The translations under genes were made by a program, and so were the position numbers. DNA of 24,000 bases. Origin: Rodentibacter abscessus (GTDB taxonomy: Bacteria > Pseudomonadota > Gammaproteobacteria > Enterobacterales > Pasteurellaceae). Shown one piece after another: positions 18,552 to 24,000 of the stretch (the first letter of the stretch is position 1; each line of letters starts with the position of its first letter). Where the stretch lies: the NCBI RefSeq assembly GCF_047160095.1, contig NZ_AP038785.1, positions 1,267,469 through 1,291,468 on the forward strand. Direction: 5' to 3'. The notes under the pieces were generated by a model. That model ran no database searches. It saw only the letters and a list, made by a program, of their open reading frames with translations, and was not told the DNA's origin.

Positions 18552-18716
18552 ATGTTTGCCCGAATGAATAAAACCAAATTAATCAAGATAGCAGTGATTT
18601 TGATTTATCTGTTCAGCCCTTTCGATATTCTGCCGGAAGCCATACTTGGCCCTTTAGGTTTAGTAGACGATGCGGCGGCGGTTTGGCTGCTGATCAAAAT
18701 ATTATTTTCTAAATAA
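18552..18716 (+). CDS. Small membrane protein, DUF1232/YkvA-like (54 aa), not in the supplied ORF track
   Basis: My own translation: MFARMNKTKLIKIAVILIYLFSPFDILPEAILGPLGLVDDAAAVWLLIKILFSK*. The Y-L-x-S-P-x-D-x-L-P-E...G-x-x-G-x-V-DD pattern matches my recollection of DUF1232. It starts 9 nt after the yfhL stop, with 'aagg' upstream. Confidence 0.6.
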   Translation: MFARMNKTKLIKIAVILIYLFSPFDILPEAILGPLGLVDDAAAVWLLIKILFSK

Positions 18717-18799
18717 AGTGCGGTTGAAATTTGGTGAGAAAATCCGGTATCGTGCAGTTATTTCACAAAAAGAATTTTATATTCAATATTTATTGGAAG

Positions 18800-18894
18800 G
18801 TAGGGTGCGTTAGCCTTAGGCATAACGCACCTTCCTGTCAATTAATCAATAAGTCTCATTACGGTGCGTTACGGCTTCGCCTAACGCACCCTAC
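18800..18894. repeat. REP doublet (REPIN-like), locus A
   Basis: GTAGGGTGCGTTAGCCTTAGGCATAACGCACC lies at 18800..18831 on the plus strand. GTAGGGTGCGTTAGGCGAAGCCGTAACGCACC lies at 18894..18863 on the minus strand. A 31-nt spacer separates them, and each unit is itself an imperfect palindrome. Confidence 0.75.
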
Positions 18895-18942
18895 AATATT
18901 TTGTGCAATAGCTACATAATACCGAGAAAATCAACCGCACTT
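18895..18942. repeat. Conserved tail module ending in a reverse USS (locus A)
   Basis: aatatTTTGTGCAAtaGcTAcAtAATACCGagaaaatcaACCGCACTT. The capitalised core recurs at 8871.., 22603.. and 22766... Confidence 0.6.
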
Positions 18943-18950
18943 TCATTCGG

Positions 18951-19241
18951 TTACGCAATCTTCATTTGGAAAATCACAAGCTCAGCCTGACAACAAAACG
19001 TGAATTCCGCCTTTAACAAATATCCGTCTTCCGCTTTGCTAATTTCCGCCTGAACATCACAAGGTTCACTTTCCACCTCGCGAGCTTTTTGGGTAAAAAA
19101 GTCTAATGCAGTTTGCGCCTGTTCCTGCGTATCATAAACATAATTGAGCATTTGTGTACAATCTCGATTATCAAATAATGATTTCATATCAAAAGTATTA
19201 CAGCCGACACATTCAATCGGTTTTTCAGTTTGAATAGCCAT
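18951..19241 (-). CDS. yfcZ: YfcZ/DUF406 family protein
   Basis: 96 aa. CVGCNTFD...DCTQ...[22 protein letters not shown]...[14 protein letters not shown] parallels recalled E. coli YfcZ (..ARSVESEPC...FTFACEAEMLIFQL). The RBS is 'aaggag'. Confidence 0.8.
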   Translation of the reverse strand: MAIQTEKPIECVGCNTFDMKSLFDNRDCTQMLNYVYDTQEQAQTALDFFTQKAREVESEPCDVQAEISKAEDGYLLKAEFTFCCQAELVIFQMKIA

Positions 19242-19257
19242 TTTTCGCTCCTTTATT

Positions 19258-19326
19258 TAGTGAATTAAATTAAAATGGATACAAAGTAGCAAGACGAAGC
19301 TAGACATTTTTAAATTTAATTCACTA
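19258..19326. other. Long AT-rich hairpin between the trpS stop and the yfcZ-like start
   Basis: Perfect 14-bp inverted repeat tagtgaattaaatt (19258..19271) / aatttaattcacta (19313..19326). With two single-nt bulges it extends to about 20 bp (..aaaatg / cattttt..). The loop is about 27 nt. Confidence 0.6.
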
Positions 19327-19332
19327 TGGTCT

Positions 19333-20337
19333 TTATTTTGCGGCGACAAAGCCGACCGCTTCATACACTTTTGTTAATGTCTCTTGTGCTTTTGCCCGCG
19401 CCTTTGCCGCCCCTTGGCGAAGTACGTCATCAAGTAAAGCTTCATTATTGCGGTATTCGTTGAAACGCTCTTGTAAACCTGCAAGCAAGCTGGAGACTTC
19501 ATCCGCCACCGCCGTTTTTAAATGACCGTACATTTTACCTTCAAATTCTTTCTCAAGTTCCGAGACTGGTTTATCGCTTACCGCCGAAAGAATATCTAAT
19601 AAATTCGATACTCCGGCTTTATTTTTTACGTCATAACGTACCACAGGCGGTTCATCGGAATCCGTTACGGCTCGTTTGATTTTTTTCGCCACCGATTTCG
19701 GATCTTCCAAAAGGGTGACAACATTATTGCGATTGTCATCTGATTTTGACATTTTCTTTTCCGGATCTTGTAATGACATAATACGAGCGCCGGCTTTTCC
19801 GATAAAAATTTCCGGAATCGTGAAAACATCACCATAAAGCGCGTTGAAACGGTTTGCAATATCGCGGGTAATTTCCAAATGTTGTTTTTGATCATCGCCC
19901 ACCGGTACGCTTTTTGCCTGATAAAGCAAAATATCCGCCGCCATTAACACCGGATAATCAAATAAACCCACATTGATATTTTCTGCATAACGGGTGGACT
20001 TATCTTTAAACTGGGTCATTCGGCTCATTTCGCCAAAATAAGTATAACAATTTAATACCCAGCCCAATTGTGTGTGTTCAGGCACGTGAGATTGCACGAA
20101 AATCGTCGCTTTGTTCGGATCAATGCCACATGCCAAATAAAGCGCTACCACATCAAGGGTTGCTTTACGAAGTGCGGCGGGATCTTGGCGAACCGTAATG
20201 GCGTGTAAATCCACCACGCAAAAAATACACTCATAATCATCTTGCATTTTCACCCAGTTACGTAACGCACCTAAATAGTTACCGATGGTCAATTCACCGG
20301 AAGGTTGCACACCGCTAAAAACAATTGGTTTTGTCAT
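19333..20337 (-). CDS. trpS: Tryptophan--tRNA ligase
   Basis: 334 aa, colinear with recalled E. coli TrpS ([55 protein letters not shown]). Confidence 0.97.
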   Translation of the reverse strand: MTKPIVFSGVQPSGELTIGNYLGALRNWVKMQDDYECIFCVVDLHAITVRQDPAALRKATLDVVALYLACGIDPNKATIFVQSHVPEHTQLGWVLNCYTYFGEMSRMTQFKDKSTRYAENINVGLFDYPVLMAADILLYQAKSVPVGDDQKQHLEITRDIANRFNALYGDVFTIPEIFIGKAGARIMSLQDPEKKMSKSDDNRNNVVTLLEDPKSVAKKIKRAVTDSDEPPVVRYDVKNKAGVSNLLDILSAVSDKPVSELEKEFEGKMYGHLKTAVADEVSSLLAGLQERFNEYRNNEALLDDVLRQGAAKARAKAQETLTKVYEAVGFVAAK

Positions 20338-20409
20338 AAGTTGTCCTTTTCATTTTAAAGCAAATTGACGCTATCATATCAAAAGATATAAGCTTTTTTA
20401 ATGAGAGAG

Positions 20410-20438
20410 TTCAAAACAAGCCGTAAAAATGCTATATT
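20410..20438 (+). promoter_or_regulatory. Candidate promoter for hflD-purB (TTCAAA-N17-TGcTATATT)
   Basis: The -35-like TTCAAA is at 20410..20415 and the extended -10 TG-c-TATATT at 20430..20438, about 50 nt upstream of the ATG at 20490. Confidence 0.4.
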
Positions 20439-20489
20439 GTGAGCCAACCTAACCATTTATTGATCACAATTCTCACGTTGACGCTATCT

Positions 20490-22504
<2,015 letters not shown>

Positions 22505-22514
22505 TTTGAAGGAA

Positions 22515-22550
22515 TGAAGTGCGGTTAAAATTGACCGCACTTTTTCTTTT
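22515..22550 (+). terminator. Rho-independent terminator of purB built from an inverted USS pair
   Basis: AAGTGCGGT (22517..22525), loop taaaattg, ACCGCACTT (22534..22542), then tttttctttt. Confidence 0.8.
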
Positions 22551-22568
22551 CAAACAATGAATTTCAAT

Positions 22569-22645
22569 GGTGGACAACAAGTTGCACCACCCTACTTTTC
22601 ACTTTGTGCAACTGATATGGAATACCGTGAATATCGACCGCACTT
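22569..22645. repeat. Degenerate single REP-like end plus tail module plus reverse USS (locus B, unit 1)
   Basis: ggtggacaacaagttgcaccaCCCTAC, then ttttcacTTTGTGCAActGaTAtggAATACCGtgaatatcgACCGCACTT (USS at 22637..22645). Confidence 0.55.
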
Positions 22646-22679
22646 TGTTTTTTATAAAAATCAAAAACCGGACGAAGAG

Positions 22680-22760
22680 GTAGGGTGTGTTAGCCAAAGG
22701 CGTAACGCACCGTTAAACCCAAGTTTGGTGCGTTACGGCTTCGCCTAACCGCAACCCTAC
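22680..22760. repeat. REP doublet (REPIN-like), locus B
   Basis: GTAGGGTGTGTTAGCCAAAGGCGTAACGCACC lies at 22680..22711, a 28/32 match to 18800..18831. After a 15-nt spacer comes GGTGCGTTACGGCTTCGCCTAACCGCAACCCTAC at 22727..22760. Its first 23 nt are identical to 18863..18885. Confidence 0.7.
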
Positions 22761-22819
22761 AGTGATTTGTGCAACTGATACACAATACCGAAAATTCAAA
22801 GCGATTTTTGACCGCACTT
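22761..22819. repeat. Conserved tail module ending in a reverse USS (locus B, unit 2)
   Basis: agtgaTTTGTGCAActGaTAcAcAATACCGaaaattcaaagcgatttttgACCGCACTT. Confidence 0.6.
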
Positions 22820-22919
22820 TATTTTTTTCATTTAATCGAAAATTAGACGAAGATCAAAGCAAGCGCATTTTTTGCAAGACAAAACAGCAAAATACCTTTA
22901 TCATAAGCCCCAATTTTAG

Positions 22920-24000
<1,081 letters not shown>

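Noticed and set aside
18731-18919. 62-aa ORF (and its look-alike at 22557..22748)
   Set aside because: Both are read straight through the REP doublets. Their shared peptide pattern only reflects translation of the same palindromic repeat. There is no RBS and the context is intergenic.
20365-20488. 11-bp direct repeat ttgacgctatc at 20365..20375 and 20478..20488 in the trpS/hflD control region
   Set aside because: Dozens of 11-mer repeats are expected by chance in 24 kb of AT-rich DNA, and nothing else supports a function.

Overview
This is a chromosomal window from a Pasteurellaceae genome. By eye I count 22 exact copies of the Hin-type uptake signal sequence (USS) AAGTGCGGT/ACCGCACTT, about 0.9 per kb, and several form inverted pairs that act as terminators. 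Most of the window is conserved housekeeping. In order: menA (3' part, runs off the left edge), rraA, accC-accB-aroQ (-), menC-menB (-), a lipoprotein of unknown function, a phosphohexomutase, an SMR efflux protein, an apparently intact IS3-family insertion sequence, a YjjI-family glycyl-radical enzyme (-), a divergent YczE-like membrane protein, a GT9 heptosyltransferase overlapping an O-antigen-ligase-family gene (-), fba-pgk (-), an RNase T2 family gene (-), yfhL ferredoxin, a 54-aa DUF1232-like ORF absent from the ORF track, a yfcZ-like gene (-), trpS (-), hflD-purB, and eno (5' part, runs off the right edge and is also absent from the ORF track). I saw no rRNA, tRNA, CRISPR array, prophage or recognisable defence island. 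I could not identify a convincing novel multi-gene system. Four observations are most worth follow-up. (1) A family of GTAG-headed REP/REPIN-like palindromic doublets, each joined to a conserved tail module ending in a reverse USS, sits at three intergenic loci. (2) The IS3-family element is inserted precisely inside one of those tail modules. (3) The YjjI-family glycyl-radical enzyme has no adjacent activase and is paired divergently with a YczE-like membrane protein. (4) A near-consensus CRP box lies in the shared control region of that divergent pair. All calls come from reading the sequence and recalling protein families. No searches were run.
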